This document shows, one piece after another, positions 12,853 through 23,939 of a stretch of 63,905 nucleotides of DNA. Within the stretch, counting starts at the first letter, position 1. Every line of letters starts with the position of its first letter. The notes below the pieces were generated by a model. The model was not told where the DNA came from. It saw nothing but the letters and a program-made list of their open reading frames with translations, and did no database searches. Both the position numbers and the translations under genes were made by a program. This DNA is from an uncultured Haemophilus sp. (GTDB lineage Bacteria; Pseudomonadota; Gammaproteobacteria; Enterobacterales; Pasteurellaceae): NCBI RefSeq assembly GCF_905207935.1, contig NZ_CAJLNI010000001.1, positions 1 through 63,905 on the forward strand, read 5' to 3'.

Positions 12853-13719
12853 CTATAACACAAAGAAATAGAAGTATGTGAAGAACGGTACTGCGGCTGT
12901 TAAGCTATCAATACGATCTAAAATACCGCCATGGCCTGGAATTAATTGACTGCTGTCTTTAATGCCTGATTCACGTTTAAACATACTTTCGGCTAAGTCA
13001 CCTAATACAGAAATAGCCACTGTTGCCACAGAAAGCACAACAAAACCACTCATTGCACGACTACCTAATAAGGTTTCACCTGAGAAATGGATAAATACAA
13101 ATGCCAATACCGCCGCGGTGATCATGCCTCCAAATACGCCTTGCCATGTTTTCCCAGGTGATACTTTCGGTGCAAGTTTGTGCTTACCAAAAGCTCGTCC
13201 CGCAAAATAGGCACCAGAATCAGCCGCCCATACCAATACAAACACATAAAGCAATAAGAATAAACCATGATGAGGAGCAGCTGTATAATTATCTAAACGT
13301 AAACGTAAGACTGCTGCAACAAAAGGGATCAGCGTAGAGAAAGCAAACAAGACTTGTAAAGGGATATTTTTACCCCAAAACTTCGCTGAGCTTGGATAAG
13401 TCACCACTAATACTAATGCAAGCGCCCACCAACCGACTGAATTTAACAATAAAAGCGGCAAGTAGTTTTCAAATACTCGACCTGCATCTAAATAATTACC
13501 TTCGTTATAAAGCCAGAGGAAGATAAATGCGCCTAAAAATGCTGCGATACAAAGACGCGCCAAAGGATTTTTAAAACGAGCAAATTGAGCCCACTCCCAA
13601 ATACCAAGCGTCGCCACAAAGCCTAAGGCTAGGGCAAAATAAAATGGGGTAAATAAGAACAAGGCACATAATACCAAAGCAATCAACACAATGGCTGATA
13701 ATACACGTTCTTTAAGCAT
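12853..13719 (-). CDS. cdsA: Phosphatidate cytidylyltransferase
   Basis: SPGKTW, KDSSQLIPGHGGILDRIDS. Confidence 0.96.
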   Translation of the reverse strand: MLKERVLSAIVLIALVLCALFLFTPFYFALALGFVATLGIWEWAQFARFKNPLARLCIAAFLGAFIFLWLYNEGNYLDAGRVFENYLPLLLLNSVGWWALALVLVVTYPSSAKFWGKNIPLQVLFAFSTLIPFVAAVLRLRLDNYTAAPHHGLFLLLYVFVLVWAADSGAYFAGRAFGKHKLAPKVSPGKTWQGVFGGMITAAVLAFVFIHFSGETLLGSRAMSGFVVLSVATVAISVLGDLAESMFKRESGIKDSSQLIPGHGGILDRIDSLTAAVPFFTYFYFFVL

Positions 13720-13730
13720 AAGTTCTCCGC

Positions 13731-14450
13731 TTATTCTGTCGCGCCAAAACGGCGATGACGTTGTTGATAGCAGGCAATTGCCTGATTAAAATCTTTTTCA
13801 CTAAAATCCGGCCAAAGCACATCTAAAAAACACAATTCCGCATACGCAATTTGCCAAAGCAAGAAATTGCTAATACGTTGCTCACCGCTTGTGCGAATTA
13901 GTAAATCGACTGGCGGCTCATCTTGTGTGACTAAATGTTGCTGGAAAAGTGATTCATTAATATCACTCACCGAAATCTCATTATTTTTTACTTTTTCAGC
14001 TAATTGTTGAGTCGCTTGAACAATATCCCAACAACCACCGTAATTAGCCGCAATATTTAAAGTCAGTGCGGTATTATTTCCCGTTAAATTTTCTGCTTTT
14101 GCGATCTTCTCTTGCAATTTTTCACTAAAACGAGAAACATCACCGATAATCTTTAAACGAATATTATTTTTGTGTAATTTTTTGACTTCTCGATCAAGCG
14201 CTTGCATAAAGAGCGTCATTAAAGCGCTCACTTCTTGCTCTGGACGATTCCAATTTTCGCTGCTAAACGCATATAACGTCAAAAATTTAACACCAGTTTG
14301 TCGTGCATAACTCACCGCACGGCGCACGGCTGCCACACCATTTGTATGGCCAAAAATGCGTAGCTTATTTTGTTGCTTCGCCCAGCGCCCATTACCATCC
14401 ATTATGATGGCAACGTGTTCGGGAATATTATTGTTATCAAGTTCTTTCAT
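13731..14450 (-). CDS. uppS: Undecaprenyl diphosphate synthase
   Basis: [33 protein letters not shown]. Confidence 0.96.
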   Translation of the reverse strand: MKELDNNNIPEHVAIIMDGNGRWAKQQNKLRIFGHTNGVAAVRRAVSYARQTGVKFLTLYAFSSENWNRPEQEVSALMTLFMQALDREVKKLHKNNIRLKIIGDVSRFSEKLQEKIAKAENLTGNNTALTLNIAANYGGCWDIVQATQQLAEKVKNNEISVSDINESLFQQHLVTQDEPPVDLLIRTSGEQRISNFLLWQIAYAELCFLDVLWPDFSEKDFNQAIACYQQRHRRFGATE

Positions 14451-14490
14451 TCTAAAATATTCGGATTTTATGACCGCACTTTGGTGTATT

Positions 14491-15690
14491 CTACATTAAC
14501 TTTTTAATCAGCGAAGCTGCTAATTCACGTGCTTGCTTATCTACGGCTAATACATCATCAATGCTTGAAATTATAGAAGATGGCATTTGCTCAACTGATA
14601 CTTGGTTAATTTTCGCAATATCCGTAAATTTAATATAGCCATCTAAAAAGGCTTGTACTGCAATTTCATTTGCTGCATTCATAGCGGTTGTCGCATACTG
14701 CCCTTCTGCAAACGCATCGATCGCTAATTTTAAATTTGGATAACGATTAAAATCAGGTTCGATAAATGTCAATTCTTTGATTTTAAAGAAGTCTAATGGT
14801 TCCACACCACTGACTGTACGATTTGGATAAGCCATGGTTTCCGCAATGGGCGTGCGCATATCCGGATTGCCCATTTGAGCAATGACCGAACCATCTACAT
14901 AACGCACCATTGAATGAATAATAGATTGAGGATGAATAATCACTTCCATTTCATCAGTCGATGCATTGAAGAGCCAGCGGGCTTCAATGTACTCTAAACC
15001 TTTATTCATCATCGTGGCAGAATCCACGGAGATTTTTTTACCCATTGACCAGTTTGGATGAGCGATGGCTTGTTCTGGCGTAATATGTTCAAACTCGTTT
15101 AATGGCGTATAACGGAAAGGGCCACCCGAACCAGTTAAGACAATTTTACTGACCCCTAAATCTTTCAAAGGACAGAACCCAACCTTTTCTTGTGCTTCAG
15201 GCGGTAAAGATTGAAAAATCGCGTTATGTTCGCTATCAACAGGCAATAATTTTGCTTTCGACTGCTTCACTGCATCAATAAAGATCTGGCCACACGTCAC
15301 CAAGGATTCTTTATTTGCAAGTAAGACTTTCTTACTCGCTTTTACTGCCGAAAGAGTTGGTAGTAATCCCGCCGCCCCAACAATGGCGGCCATAACTTGA
15401 TCTGCGTCCGGATGTGCAGCTAACTCACAAATCGCTTTCTGTCCGGCTAAGACTTCCGTTTTAATGTGATGCGAGGCTAATTTTTCTCGCAATAACTTTG
15501 CTGCATTTTCATCATCTAATGCAGCAAAGTGCGGTTGAAATTTCACGCATTGTTCAAACATTGTCTCAACATTTTTGCCTCCCACTAACGCAAAGGCATG
15601 GTATTTATCAGGATTACGTTCGATAACAGAAAGGGTGCTATGACCAATAGAACCGGTTGCTCCTAAAATAACAAGATTTTGTTTTTGCAT
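14491..15690 (-). CDS. dxr: 1-deoxy-D-xylulose 5-phosphate reductoisomerase
   Basis: [28 protein letters not shown]. Confidence 0.97.
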   Translation of the reverse strand: MQKQNLVILGATGSIGHSTLSVIERNPDKYHAFALVGGKNVETMFEQCVKFQPHFAALDDENAAKLLREKLASHHIKTEVLAGQKAICELAAHPDADQVMAAIVGAAGLLPTLSAVKASKKVLLANKESLVTCGQIFIDAVKQSKAKLLPVDSEHNAIFQSLPPEAQEKVGFCPLKDLGVSKIVLTGSGGPFRYTPLNEFEHITPEQAIAHPNWSMGKKISVDSATMMNKGLEYIEARWLFNASTDEMEVIIHPQSIIHSMVRYVDGSVIAQMGNPDMRTPIAETMAYPNRTVSGVEPLDFFKIKELTFIEPDFNRYPNLKLAIDAFAEGQYATTAMNAANEIAVQAFLDGYIKFTDIAKINQVSVEQMPSSIISSIDDVLAVDKQARELAASLIKKLM

Positions 15691-15779
15691 AAAATTTCGA
15701 CCGCACTTTGTGCTTTTATTTTTTTATCAGAATAGAACAAGGGCAGACACTTGGTCTGCCCCAAAACATGGTTCGACAA

Positions 15780-16337
15780 TTAGAAATCCATTAATTCTTT
15801 TTCTTTATCTGCTAAGATCTCATCCACTTTTTTGATATAGCTATCAGTCACTTTTTGAATGATTTCTTCTGCTTTGTGTTGATCGTTTTCGCTGATTTCT
15901 TTGTCTTTTAATAATGCTTTGATTTTATCATTTGCATCACGACGCACGTTACGAATCGCGACTTTACCTTGCTCACCTTCGTTTTTTACGATTTTGATTA
16001 AATCACGACGACGTTCTTCAGTTAATGGAGGAAGAGGCACGCGAATTGTTGTGCCTGCTGAAGATGGGTTTAAACCTAAATCAGAAGTTAAAATCGCTTT
16101 TTCTACTGCACTGATTAAAGAACGGTCAAATACCGTTACCGCTAAAGTGCGCGCATCTTCTGCAACAACGTTAGCTAATTGACGAAGTGGCGTCGCAGCA
16201 CCATAGTATTCCACTTGGATCGCATCTAATAAGCTAGGTTGAGCACGACCTGTACGGATTTTTGCAATATGCCCACGCAACGCTTCGAGGCTTTTTTCCA
16301 TGCGAGCTTCAGCATCTTGTTTAATTTCATTAATCAT
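15780..16337 (-). CDS. frr: Ribosome recycling factor
   Basis: [23 protein letters not shown]. Confidence 0.97.
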   Translation of the reverse strand: MINEIKQDAEARMEKSLEALRGHIAKIRTGRAQPSLLDAIQVEYYGAATPLRQLANVVAEDARTLAVTVFDRSLISAVEKAILTSDLGLNPSSAGTTIRVPLPPLTEERRRDLIKIVKNEGEQGKVAIRNVRRDANDKIKALLKDKEISENDQHKAEEIIQKVTDSYIKKVDEILADKEKELMDF

Positions 16338-16418
16338 TCATCTGTCCTTTTCAATAAATAAAGATAAAACGCAGTGATTTTACTGGATTTTTAGGGAGTT
16401 TTGAATAAATTTATTCAC

Positions 16419-16448
16419 AAAAAAGGCGAGATACTTTCTCGCCGTTTT
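16419..16448 (-). terminator. Intrinsic terminator after pyrH
   Basis: GGCGAGA/TCTCGCC stem with a U-run on the minus strand. Confidence 0.65.
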
Positions 16449-16461
16449 ATTCGTTTAAAAA

Positions 16462-17175
16462 TTAACTAATCGTTGTACCTTCTTCTGTACCGAGTACAAC
16501 TTTGCGTAACGCACCTGGTTTACACATATTAAATACACGAATTGGCATACCGTGGTCACGCGCAAGTGTGAATGCGGCTAAATCCATTACTTTTAATTCT
16601 TTATCAATCACTTCTGCATAAGATAATTTATGGTATAGCTTCGCATTAGGATTTTTTGCTGGATCGCAATCATACACACCATCAACTTTAGTCGCTTTTA
16701 AAACGATATCCGCTTCAATTTCGATACCGCGTAAGCATGCCGCAGAATCTGTAGTAAAGAACGGGCTACCTGTACCGGCTGAGAAAATAACTACACGTTT
16801 TTCACGTAACATTTTAATCGCTTCAGACCAATTATAGGTATCGCAAATCCCATTTAATTGGAACGCAGACATTAATTTTGCATTCACATCCGCACGATGA
16901 AGCGCATCGCGCATTGCCAAGCCATTCATTACGGTTGCAAGCATCCCCATATGGTCGCCCACTACGCGATTCATGCCGGCTTTAGCTAATTTTGCACCAC
17001 GGAATAAGTTACCACCACCGAGCACAACACCAACTTCCACGCCCATTTCAATTAATTCTTTAATCTCTAACGCCATACGATCAAGGATCGAAGGATCGAT
17101 ACCGAAGCCCTCATCACCTTGCAATGCTTCACCACTTAATTTCAATAAAATACGTTTGTAAATTGGTTGGCTCAT
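16462..17175 (-). CDS. pyrH: UMP kinase
   Basis: [25 protein letters not shown]. Confidence 0.97.
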   Translation of the reverse strand: MSQPIYKRILLKLSGEALQGDEGFGIDPSILDRMALEIKELIEMGVEVGVVLGGGNLFRGAKLAKAGMNRVVGDHMGMLATVMNGLAMRDALHRADVNAKLMSAFQLNGICDTYNWSEAIKMLREKRVVIFSAGTGSPFFTTDSAACLRGIEIEADIVLKATKVDGVYDCDPAKNPNAKLYHKLSYAEVIDKELKVMDLAAFTLARDHGMPIRVFNMCKPGALRKVVLGTEEGTTIS

Positions 17176-17300
17176 TTGTCTTTTCCTTTGTCGGTTACAA
17201 AATTTGGCTTATTCTAGCAAAAGAGCGAAAAAGTTAAAAATGGAAATTGGTCAGAAAAGTGCGATAAAATATCGCTGTTTTGATTTTATAGGTAAACTTT

Positions 17301-18860
17301 ATGAAGATTTCAAAAACCTCACAAATTTTAACCGCACTTTTTTCTTTGGCTTGCGCCATTGCTGCGGGTTATTTGATTTTACGAGGTTCAGGGATGTTTC
17401 CTGAGCCATCTATTAGTCTGATTTTACTCGCGGCTATTTTCATTATTTTATTAAGTAGTAGCCGAAAATCTTTCTATTTTATTTTATTACCCTTAGTTTG
17501 CTTACACGCAATTTATACGCCGACAGGCTTAAATTTTGGTGCACCAAGCTACCAATATATTGCATCGGTTCTCGCGACAGATATGTTAGAGACCAAAGAG
17601 TTTCTCATGCAAATCCCTGTAAGCAGCTATTTAGCTGCATTAGCTATTCCAGTTTTAGTCTTTTTACATTACAAAAGTGCGGTCAAATTTGGGGTAAAAT
17701 TTTATCGCAATAAAACATTCATTGCCCTCGCTACCCTGTTGATTGGCTACAACTTACCGATTGCTGCGCCATTAAAAGAAACAATAGATTCGAGTGTAGA
17801 AATTGTTAATGAATGGCAAAAATTGAAAAAAATGTCACAGGAAAGCAGCTGGGGACAATCCACATTAGAAAATTCTAAATACCAAGATTATGTGATGATT
17901 TTGGGTGAAAGTGCGAGAAAAGATTACTTGCATGCGTATGGATACCCCGTCAATGACACACCATTTATGTCATCTGCAAATGGTACACTGATTGATGGCA
18001 TGACATCCGCCGGAACCAACACTGTCGCCTCATTGCGCTTAATGTTAACGTTACCTGATAAAGAAAAATGGGAACCAAACTATGATTTAAGCTTAGTGGA
18101 TCTCATTAAGTCTGCAGGTCTGAAAACCTACTGGCTGTCTAATCAAGGTTTTTTAGGTGAATATGACACGCCAGTTGCTTCGCTTGCCTCAAAATCTGAT
18201 GAAACCATTTTCTTGAAAAAAGGTGGGAGCTTTAATTCGACAAACTATAGCGATTTTGATTTAATTCCTAAATTTGCCCAAGTTTTAGAAGATCCAACGC
18301 AAGGTAAACGCTTTATTGTATTACACATTTATGGTTCGCATCCGCTTGCTTGTGATCGCGTTGAAGATTACCCGAAAATTTTCAATGACAATGATATTGA
18401 GAAAAAGAACGAATACTTAAATTGCTATATTACATCCATTAAGAAAACCGATAATTTTATTAAGAAAGTGTATGAAACGCTCAAAGAAAACGAGCAAAAA
18501 ACACACCGCACTTTCTCAATGATTTATTTTTCAGATCATGGTTTATGTCATCAGGAAGATGATAAACATGGCGTCACCTTGTTTAACCAAAACTGTCACA
18601 GCCAATTACATCATAATATTCCGCTCTTTAAGATTTCATCTGATGATACGGCACGTAAAGAATACAAAGCCTTTAAATCTGGTTTGAATTTCTTAGAAGG
18701 TATTGCTAATTGGATAGGCATTAAAAATCCGAAGCTCACATTAGAAGAAGATTTATTCTCTGAACAAGCTGACAAAAATGATTATGGTCTGAAAAAACTG
18801 ATTGAAGAAAAATATCGTAAAGATGCAGATCCTGCTATCGATATTCGTCCAAAGAAATAG
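17301..18860 (+). CDS. Phosphoethanolamine transferase (YhbX/YbiP/OpgE-like sulfatase fold)
   Basis: N-terminal TM helices; ILGESAR, SAGTNT, LHIYGSH and YFSDHG motifs. Confidence 0.85.
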   Translation: MKISKTSQILTALFSLACAIAAGYLILRGSGMFPEPSISLILLAAIFIILLSSSRKSFYFILLPLVCLHAIYTPTGLNFGAPSYQYIASVLATDMLETKEFLMQIPVSSYLAALAIPVLVFLHYKSAVKFGVKFYRNKTFIALATLLIGYNLPIAAPLKETIDSSVEIVNEWQKLKKMSQESSWGQSTLENSKYQDYVMILGESARKDYLHAYGYPVNDTPFMSSANGTLIDGMTSAGTNTVASLRLMLTLPDKEKWEPNYDLSLVDLIKSAGLKTYWLSNQGFLGEYDTPVASLASKSDETIFLKKGGSFNSTNYSDFDLIPKFAQVLEDPTQGKRFIVLHIYGSHPLACDRVEDYPKIFNDNDIEKKNEYLNCYITSIKKTDNFIKKVYETLKENEQKTHRTFSMIYFSDHGLCHQEDDKHGVTLFNQNCHSQLHHNIPLFKISSDDTARKEYKAFKSGLNFLEGIANWIGIKNPKLTLEEDLFSEQADKNDYGLKKLIEEKYRKDADPAIDIRPKK

Positions 18861-18882
18861 AAAATCTCAAATTTCAGACAAC

Positions 18883-18914
18883 AAAAAAGCCGATATTCAA
18901 TATCGGCTTTTTTT
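18883..18914. terminator. Bidirectional terminator
   Basis: AAAAAAGCCGATATT-C-AATATCGGCTTTTTTT between convergent genes. Confidence 0.85.
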
Positions 18915-18932
18915 ATATCTCAATGGAGAAAA

Positions 18933-19784
18933 TTAAGCGTTACCGCCAGTGATTTTTGCAACTTCAGCTGCGAAATCTTCTTCTTTTTTCTCGATACCTT
19001 CACCCACTTCTAAACGGATGAAGTTAGACACTGAAGTGTTTACTGATTTTAAGAAGTCACCTACAGATACAGAAGGATCCATTACGAATGGTTGACCTGT
19101 TAATGAAACTTCACCAGTGAATTTCTTCATACGGCCTTCAACCATTTTCTCTGCGATTTCTTTTGGTTTACCAGAGTTGATTGCGATGTCGATTTGGATT
19201 TGACGTTCGTGTTCAACCACTTCAGCAGATACATCTTCTGGGTTCACGAATTCAGGTTTAGATGCAGCAACGTGCATTGCTACTTTTTTAAGTTCATCAG
19301 CAGAACCTTCACCCGCAACTAACACACCGATTTTCGCACCGTGTAAGTATTGAGCAATAACTTGACCATCTAAGTAAGCAACACGACGGATGTTCATGTT
19401 CTCACCGATTTTAGCCACTAATGCAGCACGTTTTTCTTCAAATTGTGCTTGTAATGCTTCGATAGTAGTACCTTTGTTTGCTGCTGCGAAATCAGCTACT
19501 TCGTTTGCTAAACCTAAGAAGCCCGCATCTTTTGCTACGAAGTCAGTTTCACAGTTCATTTCAACTAATACACCGAAACCATTTTGTACACGAGCAAGGA
19601 TAACACCTTCAGCGGCAACACGGCCTGCTTTTTTAGCTGCTTTAGCTTGACCAGATTTACGCATGTTGTCGATTGCTAACTCGATATCACCGTTTGCTTC
19701 AACTAATGCTTTTTTACATTCCATCATACCGGCACCGGTACGTTCACGAAGTTCTTTTACTAATGATGCTGTGATTTCAGCCAT
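18933..19784 (-). CDS. tsf: Elongation factor Ts
   Basis: [22 protein letters not shown]. Confidence 0.98.
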   Translation of the reverse strand: MAEITASLVKELRERTGAGMMECKKALVEANGDIELAIDNMRKSGQAKAAKKAGRVAAEGVILARVQNGFGVLVEMNCETDFVAKDAGFLGLANEVADFAAANKGTTIEALQAQFEEKRAALVAKIGENMNIRRVAYLDGQVIAQYLHGAKIGVLVAGEGSADELKKVAMHVAASKPEFVNPEDVSAEVVEHERQIQIDIAINSGKPKEIAEKMVEGRMKKFTGEVSLTGQPFVMDPSVSVGDFLKSVNTSVSNFIRLEVGEGIEKKEEDFAAEVAKITGGNA

Positions 19785-19841
19785 TTTAAAAATCCTCTGT
19801 CGAAAATGCGATTTATTTTAACCGCACTTTTAGATAAAAAT

Positions 19842-19866
19842 ATAGGGGCTAAATTTTAGCCCCTAT
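19842..19866 (-). terminator. Hairpin between rpsB and tsf
   Basis: ATAGGGGCTAAA-T-TTTAGCCCCTAT followed by a U-rich tract on the minus strand. Confidence 0.6.
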
Positions 19867-19917
19867 GCCAATTAATCGTTTGATTATTAAGGGCTTCGCC
19901 TTATTGCAAAACTTAAA

Positions 19918-20640
19918 TTATTCTGCGTCAGCTGCTAATTCTTCAGCAACTTGAGCTTCGTTACCACGACCTTCTTTAACCGCTGCTGCAGCTGCAGAAA
20001 CGTAAAGTTGGATAGCACGAGTCGCATCATCGTTACCAGGGATAACGAAATCTACGCCAGCTGGAGTTGAGTTAGTATCAACGATAGCAAATACAGGAAT
20101 ACCTAGGTTGTTTGCTTCTTTAACAGCGATATGTTCGTGGTCTGCACCGATAACGAATAACGCATCTGGTAAGCCGCCCATATCTTTGATACCGCCAAGG
20201 CTTAATTCAAGTTTTTCCATCTCACGGGTACGCATTAACGCTTCTTTTTTGGTTAATTTTTCAAAAGTACCGTCTTGAGATTGAATTTCTAAATCTTTTA
20301 AACGTTTAATTGATTGACGAACGGTTTTCCAGTTAGTCAACATACCACCTAACCAACGGTGGTTTACGTAATATTGCTGACAATCTAATGCTGCTGCTTG
20401 AACTGCTTCAGACGCTGCACGTTTTGTACCAACGAATAATACTTTACCGTTGTTGCTAGCAATGCGAGTTAATTCCGCTAAAGCTTCGTTGAATAAAGGT
20501 AAAGTTTTTTCTAAGTTGATGATGTGAACACCGTTACGAGCACCAAAAATGAAAGGTTTCATTTGTGGGTTCCAGTAACGAGTTTGGTGTCCGAAGTGTA
20601 CGCCCGCGTTGATCATGTCGCGCATTGAAACTTGTGCCAT
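19918..20640 (-). CDS. rpsB: 30S ribosomal protein S2
   Basis: [20 protein letters not shown]; start MAQVSM at 20640. Confidence 0.98.
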   Translation of the reverse strand: MAQVSMRDMINAGVHFGHQTRYWNPQMKPFIFGARNGVHIINLEKTLPLFNEALAELTRIASNNGKVLFVGTKRAASEAVQAAALDCQQYYVNHRWLGGMLTNWKTVRQSIKRLKDLEIQSQDGTFEKLTKKEALMRTREMEKLELSLGGIKDMGGLPDALFVIGADHEHIAVKEANNLGIPVFAIVDTNSTPAGVDFVIPGNDDATRAIQLYVSAAAAAVKEGRGNEAQVAEELAADAE

Positions 20641-20654
20641 AATATTTTCCTTTT

Positions 20655-20735
20655 GTTGGGGTTGAGCCTCCACATATCAGCTAATCGACCGTTTGGCACC
20701 CCGATTAAGCCTTAATGATATGTGTGTGTTGTTAA
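20655..20735 (-). ncRNA. t44 RNA / rpsB (S2) autoregulatory leader
   Basis: Minus strand CACACACATATCA...GGGGTGCC...GGTCG...TGATATGTGGAGGC...AACCCC directly upstream of rpsB; boundaries approximate. Confidence 0.8.
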
Positions 20736-20809
20736 TAATTAAAAACGCTGCTTTTGAAACCCAAAAACAGCGGTGCGATTTATACCATAAAGTGCGGTCA
20801 AAAACCAGT

Positions 20810-21583
20810 TTATTTTGTTAAATTCATCACTTTTCTTGCTTTAATAAACAATAAAGGGGGACGATGCCGTAAATCTTTAAATTCATCATGCCATTGTGGC
20901 TGCTCGGCTAACATGGGTTCAGCCATTTGCTCAATTTGAAAACCAGCAGCAATTAAATCATTAATAATCGTTGCTGTAGTGCGGTGATACGTTTTGAAAG
21001 GTTGTTGAAACCAATTTCGCTCTCTCAGTCCTTCATCACGGTAATGATTTAAACGATAAGCGACTTGCTGTTTTTTCTCATTTTTTTCCCAGCGCTCTCC
21101 TTCTTTATGGCAAGTTGTAATCGGATGCTCTTGGGAAAAAACTAGTGTGCCATTAGGCTTAAGCTTGTTGGCTATCATCGCTAATAAAGCGGGAAAATCT
21201 TCAATATAATGAAAAGCAAAAGAGCTAGTAATGACATCAAAATCACTTTCTGGCAATTCCGTTAATTTTTCCATCGGTAACTGATATAACGAAAAACATC
21301 CTGAAAATTGACCGCACTTTTGCAGATCTTGTTCAGCTTGCTCTAGCATTTTAGCTGAAAGATCTGTTCCTACAACTCTCTCCGCATTCCGTTCTAAATA
21401 GAGCTGTAAGTGTCCGCCCGTTCCACAACCTAGATCGAGCAATTTTTTCCCTTGTAAATCGGGTAAGAGGGAAAGCATGGTCGGCTTTTCCACTATTTCA
21501 TTGAGACTGATTGGGTTAGATCGAAGTTTTTGATAAAGCGCAAAGAAGTTTTCTTTATCGTAAACGCTCGTTTTGTTACTCAT
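20810..21583 (-). CDS. Class I SAM-dependent methyltransferase
   Basis: LLDLGCGTG motif I, FDVITSSFAFHY, LKPNG. Confidence 0.88.
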   Translation of the reverse strand: MSNKTSVYDKENFFALYQKLRSNPISLNEIVEKPTMLSLLPDLQGKKLLDLGCGTGGHLQLYLERNAERVVGTDLSAKMLEQAEQDLQKCGQFSGCFSLYQLPMEKLTELPESDFDVITSSFAFHYIEDFPALLAMIANKLKPNGTLVFSQEHPITTCHKEGERWEKNEKKQQVAYRLNHYRDEGLRERNWFQQPFKTYHRTTATIINDLIAAGFQIEQMAEPMLAEQPQWHDEFKDLRHRPPLLFIKARKVMNLTK

Positions 21584-21603
21584 CTCGTTTCCTATGTAAA
21601 ATT

Positions 21604-21628
21604 AAAAAGGGCGTATAAAATACGCCCT
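21604..21628 (-). terminator. Terminator after mtr
   Basis: AGGGCGTA/TACGCCCT stem with a U-run on the minus strand. Confidence 0.7.
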
Positions 21629-21647
21629 ACAATATTAACGCGAAAAC

Positions 21648-22904
21648 TTATCCTGCGAAACTTGCAAACCATCCTAAGTTTGCGCCTACTTGCGCCACAA
21701 TATTTAACACGCCGAATAAGATCACAAAGCCAATCATAAAATTACCGCCATACACTTTATAAGTTGCATTTGGGAATTTTTGACGACTTGCTTTAGCCAG
21801 CAGTGCCGGCACGATTGCTGCCCAAATAGTTGCAGCTAATCCTGCATAACCAATGGCAATCACGAATCCATAAGGGAATTGTAAACTTAATAATAGCGGC
21901 GGTAAGAATGTTACCAATGTGGTTTTTGTTCTACCTAATACGCTGTCATCAAATTTAAATAAGTCGGCAATATAATCAAATAAACCTAACGTTACCCCTA
22001 AGAATGAGGTTGCAATGGCCATATAAGCAAAGAAATTCAACACAACTGCAATATATTCCACTTCAATGTATTTGTGTAATGCTTCTAATAACGCCGATAC
22101 ATCGCCACCTTTTTCAATTACGGGGGCAAATTCTGTACGTGGTAAATTACCTTGCACCGCAAGCTGCCACAAAATGTAAATCACTAAGGCTAAACCTGTA
22201 CCAATAAAGATCGATTTCATCACTCGACGCCCGTCACGATCGTAATATTTGACGAGGCTCGGTACATTTCCGTGGAAACCAAAAGACACTAAGCAAACTG
22301 GAAGTGCGGTCAATAAATAAGGCAAATAGCTTTGTTCACCATCCGCAATGGTATTAAATAACACCTCTGTTTTTACAGAGCTCAATAAGCCTGCGGTAGA
22401 AAGGAAGAAAGCCACCACCATTCCAACGATCAAAATGGTTGTGAAACGGTCCACCGCTTTAGTAGAAAGCCACACGAAAGCCGCAAGAATAAAACAGAAA
22501 ATTAAGGATCCAGAAGTACGTCCAATATCGACCGCACTTTCAGCTGAACCAAAGGCTTGGTTGAGCAAGTTTTGTGTAATACCACCACCAGAAGTGATAT
22601 AAGCATAAGTTAAAATATACAAGACGAAAGCCACAGAAAGACCATTGATAATATTCCAACCTTTTCCCAACAAATCTTTTACGATGGTGTCAAAGCTTGA
22701 GCCGGTAGGATAATGTAAGTTGGCTTCTAAGATCATCAAACCTGATGTAGTCATACAAAACCAAGTGTAAACCAAAGCAAGAATAGAGCCGATAAACCAT
22801 ACGCCAGCCGTTGAGGTTGGGTTTGCAAGCATACCTGCACCAATCGCGGTACCTGCAATAATCATGGCGCCACCTAATAAAGAAGGAGATTTTTTTATTG
22901 TCAT
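21648..22904 (-). CDS. mtr: Tryptophan-specific permease (HAAAP family)
   Basis: IAGTAIGAGML, SFGFHGNVPSL, TSFLGVTLGLFDY; TrpR-like operator upstream. Confidence 0.88.
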   Translation of the reverse strand: MTIKKSPSLLGGAMIIAGTAIGAGMLANPTSTAGVWFIGSILALVYTWFCMTTSGLMILEANLHYPTGSSFDTIVKDLLGKGWNIINGLSVAFVLYILTYAYITSGGGITQNLLNQAFGSAESAVDIGRTSGSLIFCFILAAFVWLSTKAVDRFTTILIVGMVVAFFLSTAGLLSSVKTEVLFNTIADGEQSYLPYLLTALPVCLVSFGFHGNVPSLVKYYDRDGRRVMKSIFIGTGLALVIYILWQLAVQGNLPRTEFAPVIEKGGDVSALLEALHKYIEVEYIAVVLNFFAYMAIATSFLGVTLGLFDYIADLFKFDDSVLGRTKTTLVTFLPPLLLSLQFPYGFVIAIGYAGLAATIWAAIVPALLAKASRQKFPNATYKVYGGNFMIGFVILFGVLNIVAQVGANLGWFASFAG

Positions 22905-22924
22905 AGTAAAGTCCTAGAATATAA

Positions 22925-22950
22925 TTTTGCACTATTATAATAGTACAAAA
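22925..22950. promoter_or_regulatory. TrpR-like operator upstream of mtr
   Basis: TTTTGCACTATTATAATAGTACAAAA near-palindrome; its core resembles GTACTAGTTAACTAGTAC. Confidence 0.65.
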
Positions 22951-23029
22951 TTAAAAGGCAATCTTTTTATATCGACAACAATAAAGAAACTTATATAATA
23001 TTGACGCTTTAACCAAAAAGGACTTAATT

Positions 23030-23812
23030 ATGAAAAAACAACTCAAAAGTTTTGCGTTTGCTGTATTAGCAAGTGCGGTTATCACATCTTGTGCAGATTC
23101 AGCTTCAATCAACCAACAAGCTGCAAGCAGCTATACTCAAGAAATGGGTAAAATTCGCTCACAAGGTGCAATTGATACCACATCCAATACCGCCAGACGT
23201 ATCCATAATGTATTTAATAAAATGGTCCCTTATGCAGACCAAGCGAATGAAACTGGACAACAATTTAACTGGCAAATCAATGTCATTAAATCAAAAGAAT
23301 TGAATGCTTGGGCAATGCCTGGTGGGAAAATGGCATTCTACACAGGTTTAGTGGATACCTTACAGTTAAACGATAATGAAATTGCTGTTGTAATGGGTCA
23401 CGAAATGGCACACGCTTTAAAAGAACACGGTAAAGCGAAAGTGAATTTTGGTATGGCTACTAATATTGCAGCAAGTTTAGGTCATGCCGCCCTTTCTACT
23501 GTTATTGGCTCAAGCGCAAGTGAATTAGCAGTAGGTTTAACCAAAGACTTTGCTTTAGATAAACCTTACTCTCGTAGCGCAGAAACTGAAGCGGATGAAG
23601 TTGGATTAATGCTAATGGCTCGCTCAGGTTACAATCCACAAGTTGCGCCTGGTTTATGGCAAAAAATGGCTAAAGCCTCTGGTGGTTCTAAAGGTGCGCT
23701 TGACGTGTTAGCTTCTACTCACCCAAGTGATGAATCTCGCCAAGAAAACTTACAACGCTTATTACCAGAAGCGATGGAACTTTACAAAGCTGCTAAAAAT
23801 AAAAATGGCTAA
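23030..23812 (+). CDS. M48 family zinc metalloprotease lipoprotein (LoiP/YggG-like)
   Basis: Lipobox ITSC, NAWAMPGG, HEMAH, ETEAD, STHP. Confidence 0.9.
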   Translation: MKKQLKSFAFAVLASAVITSCADSASINQQAASSYTQEMGKIRSQGAIDTTSNTARRIHNVFNKMVPYADQANETGQQFNWQINVIKSKELNAWAMPGGKMAFYTGLVDTLQLNDNEIAVVMGHEMAHALKEHGKAKVNFGMATNIAASLGHAALSTVIGSSASELAVGLTKDFALDKPYSRSAETEADEVGLMLMARSGYNPQVAPGLWQKMAKASGGSKGALDVLASTHPSDESRQENLQRLLPEAMELYKAAKNKNG

Positions 23813-23848
23813 ATAAAACGGTCTAAAATTGACCGCACTTTCATAAAT

Positions 23849-23920
23849 AAAAAGCGAACATTATGTTCGCTTTTTTAATATCTAAAAGAAAACCGCACTT
23901 TAAAAATCAAAGTGCGGTTT
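23849..23920. terminator. Two tandem hairpins between convergent genes (terminator plus USS pair)
   Basis: AAAAAGCGAACAT-T-ATGTTCGCTTTTTT and AAACCGCACTTT...AAAGTGCGGTTT. Confidence 0.8.
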
Positions 23921-23939
23921 GTTTTTATCGTATTTTCAA

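Noticed and set aside
17301..18860. Mobile colistin resistance (mcr) gene
   Set aside because: Core chromosomal context, contains USS, no IS flanks, and motifs fit the YhbX/YbiP-like subfamily
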